NCBI GenBank assembly: GCA_963733035.1
Contig: CAVTBU010000010.1
Location: 7,098-71,097, forward strand
Reading direction: 5' to 3'
Length of the DNA stretch: 64,000 nucleotides
Source: Pirellulales bacterium
GTDB lineage: Bacteria > Planctomycetota > Planctomycetia > Pirellulales > PALSA-1355
In this document: positions 32,083-42,275 of the stretch, one piece after another
Position numbering within the stretch: position 1 is the stretch's first letter
Layout: every line of letters starts with the position of its first letter
Notes under the pieces: model-generated
What the model was told of the DNA's origin: nothing
Databases searched by the model: none
The model's input: only the letters and a program-made list of their open reading frames with translations
Position numbers and translations under genes: made by a program

Positions 32083-32871
32083 TCAGCCGGCTGGAACCTC
32101 GACCGGCAGGACGCCTCGCAGATCGTGCGGCAGGCTACTGTGCACGCAGATCATGTTGATCGAGGCCGTATTGGGAAACACGTTTTCCGCGTTACGCAGG
32201 AAATTGTTCGGATTGTAATACGCGGGACGATGCCAATACATCTTGTAGTCGAGCGAGTGCAGATGACGCACCAGCGCCGCGGCGCGCTCCTGGCGATCGT
32301 TTTCGATGTAGATGACGGGACGAAAACGACCGATGAGCTTGCTGGCGCCTTGCAGAACCGCGAGTTCCATCCCCTCGACGTCGACTTTAAGAAAATGGCA
32401 ACCCGGGAAATTGAAATCGTCGAGCGTCGAGACCGGCACGCGTTCGCCCGACTGGTAGCTGCCGAGGGCCAATCCGCCGAAGTTATTGTCTTTCGTATAG
32501 TCGAGCGAAGGCACGAACACCGCACCCGCCTCGGCGCCCAACGCCTGCTGGAAGGCATAGACGTTGGGCACGCTGTTCAACGCCAGATTGGCACATAGCG
32601 TTTGAAACAGAATTCGCTGGGGCTCGAAGGCAATCACGACGCCGCTACGGGTCACCAGCCTGGCGAGCGTGAGCGTGTGCGCGCCCATGTTGGCTCCGGC
32701 TTCGATGACGATGCTGCCTGGCTGGAGGGTCTGGCGAAAGAGATCCACCTCGCCTTCGGAGTATTCGCCGTACAGGTCGAGCGAACGGCCAATATAGGTG
32801 TCGTGCACGTTGTACAGCATCTGGCCATAGCGGCAGGCCTTCTGATGATTGAATACCTGGAATTGTTCCAC
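32083..32871 (-). CDS. FkbM-family methyltransferase
   Basis: 262 aa. IVIEAGANMGAHTLTLARL (SAM-binding loop), with the ...FLKVDVEGMELAVLQGA block characteristic of FkbM. Confidence 0.8.
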   Translation of the reverse strand: MEQFQVFNHQKACRYGQMLYNVHDTYIGRSLDLYGEYSEGEVDLFRQTLQPGSIVIEAGANMGAHTLTLARLVTRSGVVIAFEPQRILFQTLCANLALNSVPNVYAFQQALGAEAGAVFVPSLDYTKDNNFGGLALGSYQSGERVPVSTLDDFNFPGCHFLKVDVEGMELAVLQGASKLIGRFRPVIYIENDRQERAAALVRHLHSLDYKMYWHRPAYYNPNNFLRNAENVFPNTASINMICVHSSLPHDLRGVLPVEVPAG

Positions 32872-33066
32872 GTCGTGGCGTCTCCCCCTGTCTAGAGAAC
32901 TGGCAGCGATTCAGCACCATCCGGGTAAAGCGTGTATTTTAACGGGCCGTTCGAAAATGTCTGCCGCGCATTTTTTATCTTGCCGGGCACGAGCGTTCGT
33001 GGTTGGCCGGGCGCCATTCTATCATTGCGCCGATGCAATCGCGCGTCCCAACGATAAATAGGGTTG

Positions 33067-35256
33067 TTAACCACCCGCGGTTCGTTTTTGCGAGAGAGCG
33101 GCCAGCTCAGTTTGCATGCGCGCGAATGCGTCGGACCAGTCGCCGGCAGTCGTTTGTCGAAACAGACGCATCGTTGGATACCAAGGGCAATCGTCGCGGT
33201 CGAGCATCCATCGCCACTCGGGAACTTTGGCCAGCGCGAGCCAGACTGGAATGCCCAAGCCGCCGGCCAGGTGGGCGGCCGCGGTATCCGAGGTGACGAC
33301 CAGATCCAGGCTGCTCATCACGGCGGCGGTGTCCATGAATGCGCCGGACGCTGTATCGAACTCCCCGCCCAATTCGATGGGGTCGAATTGAGAAGCGACT
33401 TCGGCCAACTGCTCGGTTCCGTGTCCCTTTTGCAAGCTGACGAGCGTTACGCCCTTGACGTCGGCTAGCGGCGCGAATTGGGCCAGCGGGATCGAGCGAA
33501 AGTGATCGAAGGCATAATCGGGGTTTCCCTGCCAGTTGATGCCGACCTTGATTCCCGGCAACTTGCGGAGCGCGCCGCGCCATTGTTTGATCAACCGCGG
33601 ATCGGCGGCCAGATAAGGCACGTCGGCCGGAAGATTCTCGAGCGTGGTTCCCAAAACCAGCGGCAGGCTCAAGAGGGGAACCTCCAGATCGAACCGCGGC
33701 AGCGGCGAGCCACCGGGAATGACGCCCGTGATGCCGGAGGCTTTGAGCAGCGGCACCAGTGCCGGCTGCACCTCGACGAACACCGAGCCGCCCAGCCGCT
33801 GCACGTGCTTGATGTAGCGAATGAAATGCAACGTGTCGCCGAGTCCTTGTTCGGCGTGAACGAGCATGGTGTGCCCTTCCAGCGACGAACCGTTCCAGCG
33901 GGGCACGTTGAATCGGCGTCCCTTGTAATCCTTGCACTTGAGCCGCCACTCGTAGTCCTGCCAACCGGCCGCCAAATCGCCGCGCGACAGATACACGAAC
34001 GAGCGGTTGTAGTGAGCCTCGGCGTAATCGGGGTCCTGGCGAATTGCTTCGCCGTAGGCCGCCAGAGCGTCCGTGTCGCGCCCCTTGGTGTGCAGTGCGG
34101 CGCCGAGGCAATAGTGGGCCCGCGGAATGTTCGGATCGGTGGCAATCGAACGCTCGTAGGCCGCGATCGCTTCGTCCACGTGTCCCTGCATTTGCAGCGC
34201 CGAGCCGACGTTCAACTGCGCTTCGGCCGATTTCGGCTCGAGTTCCAACGCTTTGCGATAGCAGGCCAGCGCCTCGTCGAAACGCTTCTGGTCTTGATAG
34301 ACCGTGCCCAGATTGTTGTAGGCCTCGGCGAAGTCGGGTTGGGCCTCGATCGCGCGGCGAAACAGATCGGCCGCCCCATCGTAGTCCTTGCGGTCGTGCA
34401 GCACCGAGCCCAGATTGCTGAGTGCCGCGGCCAAATTGGGTGACTCGTGCAGCGCCAAGCGAAAGCACTGCTCGGCCTGATCGAGCCGGTTCATCGCCCG
34501 AAACACGCAGCCAAGATTGTTCTGGGCCTCGACGTGCCGCGGGTTGCGAACCACGGCGGCTTGCAGTTCCGTGGCGGCCTCTTCCAGGCGTCCTTCGGAG
34601 TTGAACAACGAGCCGAGCCAATAGTGTGCGTCGACGCTCTCGGGATCGATTTGCAATGCCAGTCGATAGGTCGATTCGGCGGCCGTGCGTTTGTCGAGCC
34701 GCAGTTGAATGTTGGCCAATGCCATGGCCGCGCGCAGGTAGTCGGGCCGGCCGGCGAGTGCCGTGGCGTAGCAACGTTCGGCCTCGACGAATTGGCCTTC
34801 GTCGCGGAGCAAGTTACCGAGGTTGAATTGAGCTTCGACGAATTTCGGTGCCAACGCGATGGCCCGCCGGTAACTTTCGATGGCGTCGGACTTCTGACCG
34901 CGCAGGGCCAGCAGCGCCGCGAGGTTGTAGTGTGTCTGCGGATCGTTGGCGGCGAGTTGACATGCCTGGCGAAAACAGCGCTCGGCATCGTCCAGCTTGT
35001 CGAGCGCGGCGTAGGCCGCTCCCTGGTGATTCAGGTACGTGGAGTTGGGGCCGCTGATGGCCAAGGCCCGCGAGATGTGTTCGATCGCCTCGGCATGCCG
35101 TCCCGCCTGGTGCGCGGCCACTCCCATCAGGTGCCAGGCATCGGCATGGTTGGGTTCGTGCTCGATGATCTGGCGATAAATCTGTTCGGCCTGCGCAAGT
35201 TCGCCCCGTTGGTGGTGCGTGAAGGCAATCGACAGGGCTTCGGGGATCGTGGGCAC
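33067..35256 (-). CDS. TPR-repeat protein with C-terminal glycosyltransferase family 9 (heptosyltransferase-like) domain
   Basis: About 12 TPR units (A..Y...L...P....A..NLG...) over the first ~430 aa. The GT9-type domain has EQGLGDTLHFIRY, GINWQGNP and VVTSDTAAAHLAGGLGIPVW. Confidence 0.8.
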   Translation of the reverse strand: MPTIPEALSIAFTHHQRGELAQAEQIYRQIIEHEPNHADAWHLMGVAAHQAGRHAEAIEHISRALAISGPNSTYLNHQGAAYAALDKLDDAERCFRQACQLAANDPQTHYNLAALLALRGQKSDAIESYRRAIALAPKFVEAQFNLGNLLRDEGQFVEAERCYATALAGRPDYLRAAMALANIQLRLDKRTAAESTYRLALQIDPESVDAHYWLGSLFNSEGRLEEAATELQAAVVRNPRHVEAQNNLGCVFRAMNRLDQAEQCFRLALHESPNLAAALSNLGSVLHDRKDYDGAADLFRRAIEAQPDFAEAYNNLGTVYQDQKRFDEALACYRKALELEPKSAEAQLNVGSALQMQGHVDEAIAAYERSIATDPNIPRAHYCLGAALHTKGRDTDALAAYGEAIRQDPDYAEAHYNRSFVYLSRGDLAAGWQDYEWRLKCKDYKGRRFNVPRWNGSSLEGHTMLVHAEQGLGDTLHFIRYIKHVQRLGGSVFVEVQPALVPLLKASGITGVIPGGSPLPRFDLEVPLLSLPLVLGTTLENLPADVPYLAADPRLIKQWRGALRKLPGIKVGINWQGNPDYAFDHFRSIPLAQFAPLADVKGVTLVSLQKGHGTEQLAEVASQFDPIELGGEFDTASGAFMDTAAVMSSLDLVVTSDTAAAHLAGGLGIPVWLALAKVPEWRWMLDRDDCPWYPTMRLFRQTTAGDWSDAFARMQTELAALSQKRTAGG

Positions 35257-35660
35257 GGGTTCGTCCTGAAAGGCGCTCGCTCGTTGTCGTAACTCGTGGG
35301 CCGAGGGGGTAAATATTGCGGTGCGGTGCCCGGGGGGTGAAGACCACGGGCCGAGCGATGCCGATGGAATCGGCGTTTCCGCTCCGTTTCGCTACCTAAA
35401 TTTACGACGCGAATTCCCGCTCGGAGCGTCGAAATCTGCTGAATTCCCGGGCATTTTTGAGAGTCAGCCGGTGGACGGCCGGGCACGTTGGCAAGCGGGG
35501 CAAGTAAGGCGAGCGGGAGCAGCCAATTGTGCCACTCACATCAGAAACGAGTTCACTGCCATGGCAGAGACTATCGGCCTGTGGGACGGCGCAGCGACAT
35601 CGGCGGCGAAATCGCAATCGACAGCTCGTGGGTTGGATTGTCATCGCGAAGTGACGGCGG

Positions 35661-36953
35661 TCATTGCTTGCCGACGGCGACCAATTGCGATTGGCTCCGC
35701 AAGAACATGCGGCCGTCGGCCACGGCGGGTGTCGAGCGGCTCGTTTCGCCGAGCGGACTGCGTCCGAGAATTTCGAACTCCTTGGAAGCGGCGATGGCGA
35801 CGCACTCTCCTTCAGCGGAAAGACAATAGATGACGTTGCCAACCCTCACGGGCGAACCGAAATAGTCGCCGCCCACGCGCTTTCGCCACAAGATCTCTCC
35901 GTTGTCGCCGTTCATGCAGCTGACCACACCGCGGTCGCCCCACAGGAACACGAGGTTGCCCTTGGCCACCAGCGAGGGCACGTAAGGCGCGCTGGTGCGG
36001 TCGACCTGATACTCCACCTTGGGGGTGCTGCCCTCGGCGTAGGGCTTGATGGCGACCAGGTTATTGTTTCCGCCCCCCTGGCCGCAGGTCGCCAATACCA
36101 GACCGTCGACGACAATCGGCGAGCTGACGGGGCGCCGGGTTAGCACGTCTGGCTCTTCCCAGCGGACCTGGCCGGTCAATGGATCGAGGCCCGTTACGCC
36201 ATGTGCCCGGCTGCATAGAATCAACTCGGCCGGGCGTCCGGGCGGACGGTAGATGCAGGGCGTGGCATAGCAAGTGTTTTGCTCGGCGAGATGCTGGCGA
36301 TCGATTTTCCATTTCGTCGCACCACTTGTGCGGTCGACCGCCACGACAAAACTGTCGGCGTCCTGATCGTTGGCGATGATGACCAACTCACCGAACAAAA
36401 TGGGCGACGTTCCGAATCCGTGCTGGCTGGCAAATGGGCCCAGATCCGCTTTCCAGACGGGCTCGCCGTCGTGCGTCAGTGCGAGAAGCGTGAATTCATC
36501 AGGCGTGCTCCAAGCGCAGTACACGCGATCTTCGTCCACGCAGGGTGTGCTCGAGGCCAAGGTATTGAGCTGGTGAATCGGGTGGACCTGCGATGGATAC
36601 TCGCGCTGCCAGAGGACTTTGCCGTTCGTAGCCGACAAGCAAAGGACGTAGCGCGTGCCATTCTTGGGGTCGGCGCTGAGCAAAAAGATTCGCTCGCCCC
36701 ACAGCACGGGCGACGAATTGCCCGCGCCCGGCAGTGTGGCCTTCCACAATTCCTCGCCGTCGCTCCAGGAGACCGGGATGGCGTTGGCTTCGCTTTCTCC
36801 GGTGCCGTTGGGTCCGCGGAAACGCGTCCACTGCTGGGCCGCGGCGTGGTTGGCCAAAACAAGGAACAAGACGAAGGTCACGATGCTTGGGAGCCTGTGC
36901 TTGATCATGTCGCTTGGTTTCTTTCGCTGTCCGCAGTGCTGTTGAACCGTCAT
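35661..36953 (-). CDS. secreted PQQ/BamB-type beta-propeller repeat protein
   Basis: 430 aa with repeated W..........SSP.v.g..vy blades and a signal peptide IVTFVLFLVLANHAAA. The first ATG (36953) overlaps the upstream stop (ATGA). The ATG at 36908 (MIKHRLPS...) fits the signal peptide better. Confidence 0.8.
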   Translation of the reverse strand: MTVQQHCGQRKKPSDMIKHRLPSIVTFVLFLVLANHAAAQQWTRFRGPNGTGESEANAIPVSWSDGEELWKATLPGAGNSSPVLWGERIFLLSADPKNGTRYVLCLSATNGKVLWQREYPSQVHPIHQLNTLASSTPCVDEDRVYCAWSTPDEFTLLALTHDGEPVWKADLGPFASQHGFGTSPILFGELVIIANDQDADSFVVAVDRTSGATKWKIDRQHLAEQNTCYATPCIYRPPGRPAELILCSRAHGVTGLDPLTGQVRWEEPDVLTRRPVSSPIVVDGLVLATCGQGGGNNNLVAIKPYAEGSTPKVEYQVDRTSAPYVPSLVAKGNLVFLWGDRGVVSCMNGDNGEILWRKRVGGDYFGSPVRVGNVIYCLSAEGECVAIAASKEFEILGRSPLGETSRSTPAVADGRMFLRSQSQLVAVGKQ

Positions 36954-38788
36954 GGGGTCGACGTCAGCCCGTATTGCTTGACCTTATAATACAAAGTTGC
37001 GCGGCCGATCCCCAATAGGTTGGCGGCTTCGGGTACGTTGCCGCCGGTGCGGCGGAGGGCCTCGCCAATGAGCCGCTTTTCCCAGTATTTTAGTTGTAGC
37101 GACTCCAACTCGTCTCCCACGGGCTCGTGCAGGCCGAGGTCGCCGACTTTGATTTCCGCGTCTTCGGCCAGGACGACCGCGCTGTCGAGCACGTTGCGCA
37201 GCTGCCGCACGTTGCCCGGCCAGCTATAGGCCAGAAGCTTTTGTCGGGCTGCCTGCGAGAGCTGCAAATTCGGCCGCCCGTGTTGCCTGCGAAAGTGGTC
37301 GAGAAAGAATTCGACGAGCATCGCGATGTCGGTTCCGCGGGCCCGCAGCGGCGGAGCTTGCAGTTCGAACACGGCCAGTCGGTAGAACAGGTCCTCGCGA
37401 AACTTTCGCTCGCGGACGTAGGTCTTGAGATCCTGGTTGGTGGCCGCGATCACGCGCACGTCGACGCTCACTTCCTGCTGCGCGCCAACTGGCAGAAACG
37501 GATGTCCCTCGAGAATGCGCAGCAGCCGCGCCTGGCCCTCGAGTGTCATTTCGCCGACTTCGTCGAGAAACAGCGTGGCCTGATCGGCCTGCTGGAAATA
37601 GCCGACGTGATCGCGATCGGCGCCGGTGAACGACCCTGCCTTGTGACCGAAGAGCTGGCTATCCATCAAGTCGGGCGGAATCGCGGCGCAGTTGACGCAA
37701 AGCATCGGACGATCCGCCCGAGGACTGGCATGGTGCACGGCCCTGGCGATGAGCTCCTTGCCGGTTCCGCTCTCGCCGGTGATCAGCACGGCTCCGCTGG
37801 AGCGGCCGATACGCACGATCTTGCTTTTCAGTTCGCGCATGGCCGGGCAATCGCCGATGATTTCCCCCTGGTCGGGAAGCTTGGCCACCAGGTTCTGGTA
37901 GTCGGTGCTGATCGTTCGTTCGCGCAGCACGCGAACCAGCGCCACGGTGGTGATGCTGGCGATTGAGATTGAAAAGTCGAAGTCGCTTTGTCGAAAGCGG
38001 CCGTGTTCGAGGTAGACGTGCAGGGCGCCGAGCACCGTGCCTTCGTGCACCAACGGGACGCAGAGCGCGTCGGCATAGTGTTCCAGGCTGTCGGTCGTCG
38101 CGCCGGCACGTTGGTTGGCGATCCAGATGGCTTGCTTCTGCTGACACACCAGCTCGGTCAGCCCCTTGCTCAATTCGGCGTGCGTGGCCGAGTTGTTCGG
38201 CACGACAAACCGCGGCTTCAAATCGCCCTGGTCGGTGAGCGACAGATAACCGACCACCGTGGCCTTGGTCCACTCGTGGACCAGTTCCAGCGAGCTTTTG
38301 ACGACCTCGTCGGGCGCGTCGCAGCCCAGCAGCTTGATGCTGAATTGGTAGAGCAGCAGAAGCTCCTGCGCGCGGCGGGTGTCGGCCAGCGCCGCCAGCG
38401 GCTGCGGTTCCAGGCTGCCGCCGTGAATGGGAAAGTTCTTGATGACCGTTTCGGTCAGTTCGCCGTCGATTTGCGAGGCCAGCGTCGGAGGTTGATCAGT
38501 AAGGTGGAACTCGAACTCGGTGCTGCCGATGCGCAACGAATGTCCGTCGGCCAGCGTGGCGGTATCAATCTTCTGGTCGTTGACGAACGTGCCGTTGCGG
38601 CTTTCGCAATCGCGCAGCTGCCATACGCCCTGCTGCTGACTCAGGATGGCATGGACCCGCGAACAGAGCGGATCGCTGAGCGTGACGGTGCATTCCGGAT
38701 CGCGGCCGATCGGATTCTGATCGGTGGGGTCGAGCAAAAAACTGGTGCCCGCCCGGCTACCGACAGTCATGGTGAGATAAACATACAC
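36950..38788 (-). CDS. sigma-54-dependent transcriptional activator with N-terminal FHA and GAF domains
   Basis: FHA domain (IGRDPECTVTLSDPLCSRVHA...RDCESRNGTFVN), a GAF-like middle and an AAA+ sigma-54 interaction domain (GESGTGKELIARAVH, GAFTGA-like GSFTGA, ESQLFGH-like DSQLFGH). The C-terminal Fis-type HTH is AANLLGIGRATLYYKVKQYGL. GTG start at 38788, with an alternative ATG at 38770. Confidence 0.85.
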   Translation of the reverse strand: MYVYLTMTVGSRAGTSFLLDPTDQNPIGRDPECTVTLSDPLCSRVHAILSQQQGVWQLRDCESRNGTFVNDQKIDTATLADGHSLRIGSTEFEFHLTDQPPTLASQIDGELTETVIKNFPIHGGSLEPQPLAALADTRRAQELLLLYQFSIKLLGCDAPDEVVKSSLELVHEWTKATVVGYLSLTDQGDLKPRFVVPNNSATHAELSKGLTELVCQQKQAIWIANQRAGATTDSLEHYADALCVPLVHEGTVLGALHVYLEHGRFRQSDFDFSISIASITTVALVRVLRERTISTDYQNLVAKLPDQGEIIGDCPAMRELKSKIVRIGRSSGAVLITGESGTGKELIARAVHHASPRADRPMLCVNCAAIPPDLMDSQLFGHKAGSFTGADRDHVGYFQQADQATLFLDEVGEMTLEGQARLLRILEGHPFLPVGAQQEVSVDVRVIAATNQDLKTYVRERKFREDLFYRLAVFELQAPPLRARGTDIAMLVEFFLDHFRRQHGRPNLQLSQAARQKLLAYSWPGNVRQLRNVLDSAVVLAEDAEIKVGDLGLHEPVGDELESLQLKYWEKRLIGEALRRTGGNVPEAANLLGIGRATLYYKVKQYGLTSTP

Positions 38789-38921
38789 AGGGAGCGCCGC
38801 CTGGTGGCAAAGCCGCGAAACGCATCACAGACGAGCGCGGATGGTGGCACGCGCCGCGCAATCGACATTAGTATACCAGTCTAGATTGTTGACTCACACC
38901 GCGGGCCTTTACAATTGGCGC

Positions 38922-39750
38922 ATGCGAGATTTGTCTAGCGCTTGTGGGGAAGTTTTGGCCAGGGTCGGAGTGAATCTGCCGCGCGACGCCGGTTTGCTGC
39001 TCGTGGGACACGGTTCGCGCGAGGCCGCGGGCGTGGAGGAGTTTTTGGCCACGGCGCGACTGGTGGCCGCGGCGGCGGGCGATGTGCCGGCCGAGGCGTG
39101 TTTCCTCGAATTCGCGCGACCGACCATCGCCGAAGGATTCCGGCGTCTGGTCGCGCGCGGCGCAAAGCAAGTCGTCGTCGTGCCCGTGCTGTTGTTTTCC
39201 GCGGGTCACGCCAAGCGAGACATTCCCGAGGCCGCCTGCCGCGTTGCGCGGGAATTTTCGGGCATCGCGGTTTGGCAGGCCCAGCATCTGGGGTGTCAGA
39301 GCGATCTGGTCGCGCTTTCACAACAACGTTACGAGGAAGCGATCGTCGGCCAGCCGTCGGACTTGACGCCGGCCGACAACTGGCTGGTGCTGGTTGGCCG
39401 GGGCAGTTGGGATGCCGGCGCCACCGCCGAGATGCATGCGTTTGCGGCGCTGCGCAAACGGAGTTTGCGGCGGTCCAGTTGAAGTCGGCTTCGTCGCGAT
39501 GGCGGCTCCCAAGTTTACCGACGTGTTGGAATCTGCTGCTGCGTCTGGGGCGCGGCAAGTCGTGGTTCAGCCGCATTTGCTATTTGGAGGTGTCCTGTTG
39601 GATCGTATTGCCGGCATGGTCGCTGAGTATGCAGCGCGGTTTCCACACGCTCGCTGGATCGTCACCGGTCATTTGGGTCCCGCGCCGTCGGTTGCGCGCG
39701 CGATCCTGGCTCGTGCGGGTGAGAAGCTATCACCCGTGAATGGCTGTTGA
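38922..39750 (+). pseudogene. cbiX: sirohydrochlorin chelatase (CbiX-type, two-domain), interrupted by one apparent frameshift near 39460-39480
   Basis: LLLVGHGSREAAGVEEF...VVVVPVLLFSAGHAKRDIP, then WLVLVGRGSWDAGATAEMHAFAALRKRS in frame 0. Frame 1 continues VEVGFVAMAAPKFTDVLE...VVVQPHLLFGGVL, which is the second CbiX repeat. Confidence 0.75.
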
Positions 39751-40119
39751 TCGACCATGGTGACGAAGCTGAAGATGCCGACAGGGGGCGGTAATGGCTT
39801 ACCTTGCACGTGGTTTGCGACCGATCAAAAGGGAGAGAGCCATCCACGCGTCCAATCGGGGTGGGGTGCTCTGCCTGTCTCGGCAAAATCCCGTCAAAAT
39901 CGTCTTTGCGCGACCCATGTTCGCCGTCGTGTCGTAGGTATGCATTGGTAGCTTAATGGCTTTGCGTGTCGCGGCTTTTGGAGCCGCGCGGCAAGTTGAG
40001 CGATACCAGCAGGCCGCGCCGCTGATCTTGCATTCGGAAGCAGAGGCGTATACGATCTGTTTAAACCTTTTCGTTTGCGGAACTTAGGTCTTCTACGAAA
40101 CATATTCCGAGAGGTTGTG

Positions 40120-42216
40120 ATGAACCGAGATACCGCCCGAACTTGCCGTTTGCGAAAAACGCAATGGGTCCTAGGTGGAGTGGTTTTGGCGGTGATTTCG
40201 GCAGCCGTCTTGGTTGCCGCCCGGCCTAGCTCGGCGGAACCGACCGGACCGGTCGGGACGGATAAGCACATCACGCGGGCGATCACGATTCTGATGAACC
40301 GCGAGCACCTCACGCGGCATCCGCTGGACAACGAAATCAGCGAGCGCTGGCTGAACAACTACCTGAAGATGCTCGACCCGCGAAAGGTGTTCTTCACGCA
40401 AGCAGACGTTGACGGCTGGAACGCCTATCGCGACCAGTTGGACGACATGGCCCTGCGAGGCGACACGTCGTTCGCGTATCGGGTATTCAATCAGTTCCTC
40501 GACCGCATCGACGAGCGGGCGAAGCTGGTGCAGGATTTGGTTCGCCAGCCGCAAGACTTCACGATCGATGAAGTTATGGAAACCGATGCCGACACGATCG
40601 GCTATGCGAAGAACGATGCGGAAATGCGCGACCGCTGGCGCAAGCGCGTGAAGTATGAATTGCTCGACCTGGAAGTCGACAAGGACCTGACGGGCAAAGA
40701 GGCCGCAGACAAAATTGCCAAGCGCTATGAGCATTTGGCCAAGCGGATGCGGAAGACAGACAACGACGAACTGCTGGAAATGTATCTGACGGCTCTGACC
40801 ACCGGCTACGATCCGCACACGACCTACATGTCGGCCAGCTCCTTGGAGAATTTCGAAATCCAAATGCGACTGAACCTGGAAGGAATCGGCGCGGCCCTCG
40901 AAGCACCCGAGGGTGAGACCGTGGTGAAGAAGATTATTCCGGGTGGCGCCGCCGCGAAGGACGGCCGGCTGAAGATCGACGATCGTATCGTCGGCGTCGG
41001 CCAGGACGAAGATGGCCCGATCGTCAACGTGAGCGATATGAAGCTCAATGATGTCGTGCAGCTCATCCGCGGTCACCAGGGAACCACGGTCCGGCTGCAG
41101 GTGATTCCCAAGGATCAAAAAGATCCCAAGATCTACAATATCGTCAGGCAAAAGATCGAGCTCACCGACCAGGAGGCCCGTAGCGACATCCTGGAAGCGG
41201 GCACGAAGCCGAACGGCATGCCTTACAAGATCGGCGTGATTAATCTGCCCAGCTTTTACATGGACATGAGCGGCGCCCGGAGTGGTCGCGACGACTACAA
41301 GAGCACGACCCGCGACGTGGCGAAGCTGCTGGAAAAATTCAAGGCCGAGCACGTCGACGCCGTGGTGATCGATTTGCGGTGGAACGGCGGCGGCTCGCTG
41401 ACCGAGTCGATCAACCTGACCGGTCTGTTCATCGATACCGGTCCGGTCGTGCAGGTCAAGGACTTCGACGGCCAAAAGACCCAATACGACGACACCGAGC
41501 GAGGTGTCGCCTGGGACGGGCCGCTGGTGGTGCTGACGAGCAAGTTTAGCGCAAGCGCCAGCGAGATCTTCGCCGGAGCCATTCAGGACTACAAGCGAGG
41601 GCTGATCGTGGGAGACGAGGCCACGCACGGTAAAGGCACCGTGCAGAGCCTGCTCGATCTGAGCCAGCGGTTGTATCGGGGCATCAGCAACGCTCCGCCG
41701 CTCGGCGCGCTCAAGATCACCATGCAGCAGTTCTATCGTCCGGACGGCGACAGCACCCAGAATCGTGGCGTGCTGGCCGACATCGTGCTCCCCTCGATTA
41801 CGAGCCAGTTGGATGTGGGCGAGGCGAGCCTGGACTACGCGATGAAGTTCGACCGCGTCGATCCGGCCCAACACGCCCACTACAGCATGGTCGACGCTCC
41901 GCTGCTGCAGGAACTGCGCAAGCGGTCGGCCGAGCGAACGGGCGAGTCGAAGGACTTTCAGAAGGTGGTCCGCGATATCGATCGCTTCAATAAGCAGAAG
42001 GAACGCAAAGCCATCTCGCTCAATCGCGAAAAGTTCATCGCCGACAAGGGAGAACTTTCGGCCGAGAAGCAGGAGGAAAAAACATTGGAAGAGCTGAACG
42101 ATCCGAATCAACCGGTCGTGAAGCGCGACTACTACTTCGACGAAGTCCTGGACATCACGACCGACTACGCGAAGATGCTCAGCGGCGGCCCCCAGGCCGC
42201 GGCGGTTAAGCGGTAG
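40120..42216 (+). CDS. S41-family carboxy-terminal (tail-specific) processing protease
   Basis: TM/signal anchor, a PDZ region (GIGAAL...VVKKIIPGGAAAKDGRLKIDDRIVGV) and a catalytic block (DLRWNGGGSL...SKFSASASEIFAGAIQDY...GDEATHGKGTVQ). Start taken at MNRDTARTCRLRK (40120). Confidence 0.85.
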   Translation: MNRDTARTCRLRKTQWVLGGVVLAVISAAVLVAARPSSAEPTGPVGTDKHITRAITILMNREHLTRHPLDNEISERWLNNYLKMLDPRKVFFTQADVDGWNAYRDQLDDMALRGDTSFAYRVFNQFLDRIDERAKLVQDLVRQPQDFTIDEVMETDADTIGYAKNDAEMRDRWRKRVKYELLDLEVDKDLTGKEAADKIAKRYEHLAKRMRKTDNDELLEMYLTALTTGYDPHTTYMSASSLENFEIQMRLNLEGIGAALEAPEGETVVKKIIPGGAAAKDGRLKIDDRIVGVGQDEDGPIVNVSDMKLNDVVQLIRGHQGTTVRLQVIPKDQKDPKIYNIVRQKIELTDQEARSDILEAGTKPNGMPYKIGVINLPSFYMDMSGARSGRDDYKSTTRDVAKLLEKFKAEHVDAVVIDLRWNGGGSLTESINLTGLFIDTGPVVQVKDFDGQKTQYDDTERGVAWDGPLVVLTSKFSASASEIFAGAIQDYKRGLIVGDEATHGKGTVQSLLDLSQRLYRGISNAPPLGALKITMQQFYRPDGDSTQNRGVLADIVLPSITSQLDVGEASLDYAMKFDRVDPAQHAHYSMVDAPLLQELRKRSAERTGESKDFQKVVRDIDRFNKQKERKAISLNREKFIADKGELSAEKQEEKTLEELNDPNQPVVKRDYYFDEVLDITTDYAKMLSGGPQAAAVKR

Positions 42217-42233
42217 TTGGCGGAAACACTGAG

Positions 42234-42267
42234 AAAGCCCAGGGAACGCATTCCCTGGGCTTTTTTT
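42234..42267 (+). terminator. rho-independent terminator
   Basis: AAA-GCCCAGGGAA-CGCA-TTCCCTGGGC-TTTTTTT: perfect 10-bp stem, 4-nt loop, T7 tract, 18 nt after the protease stop. The upstream A-run makes it usable from the convergent gene too. Confidence 0.75.
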
Positions 42268-42275
42268 GTGCGCGA

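Noticed and set aside
33107-34774. 555-aa ORF in an alternative frame of the same strand as the TPR-GT9 gene
   Set aside because: The translation is Arg/Gly/Ala-rich and featureless. The 33067..35256 frame shows regular TPR units and GT9 motifs.
38845-38860. TGGCACG-CGCC-GCGCA upstream of cbiX, considered as a sigma-54 (-24/-12) promoter next to the sigma-54 activator gene
   Set aside because: GG and GC are correctly spaced, but the -12 element lacks the conserved TT (TTGC). In this GC-rich DNA such partial matches are expected by chance, so it is left unannotated.
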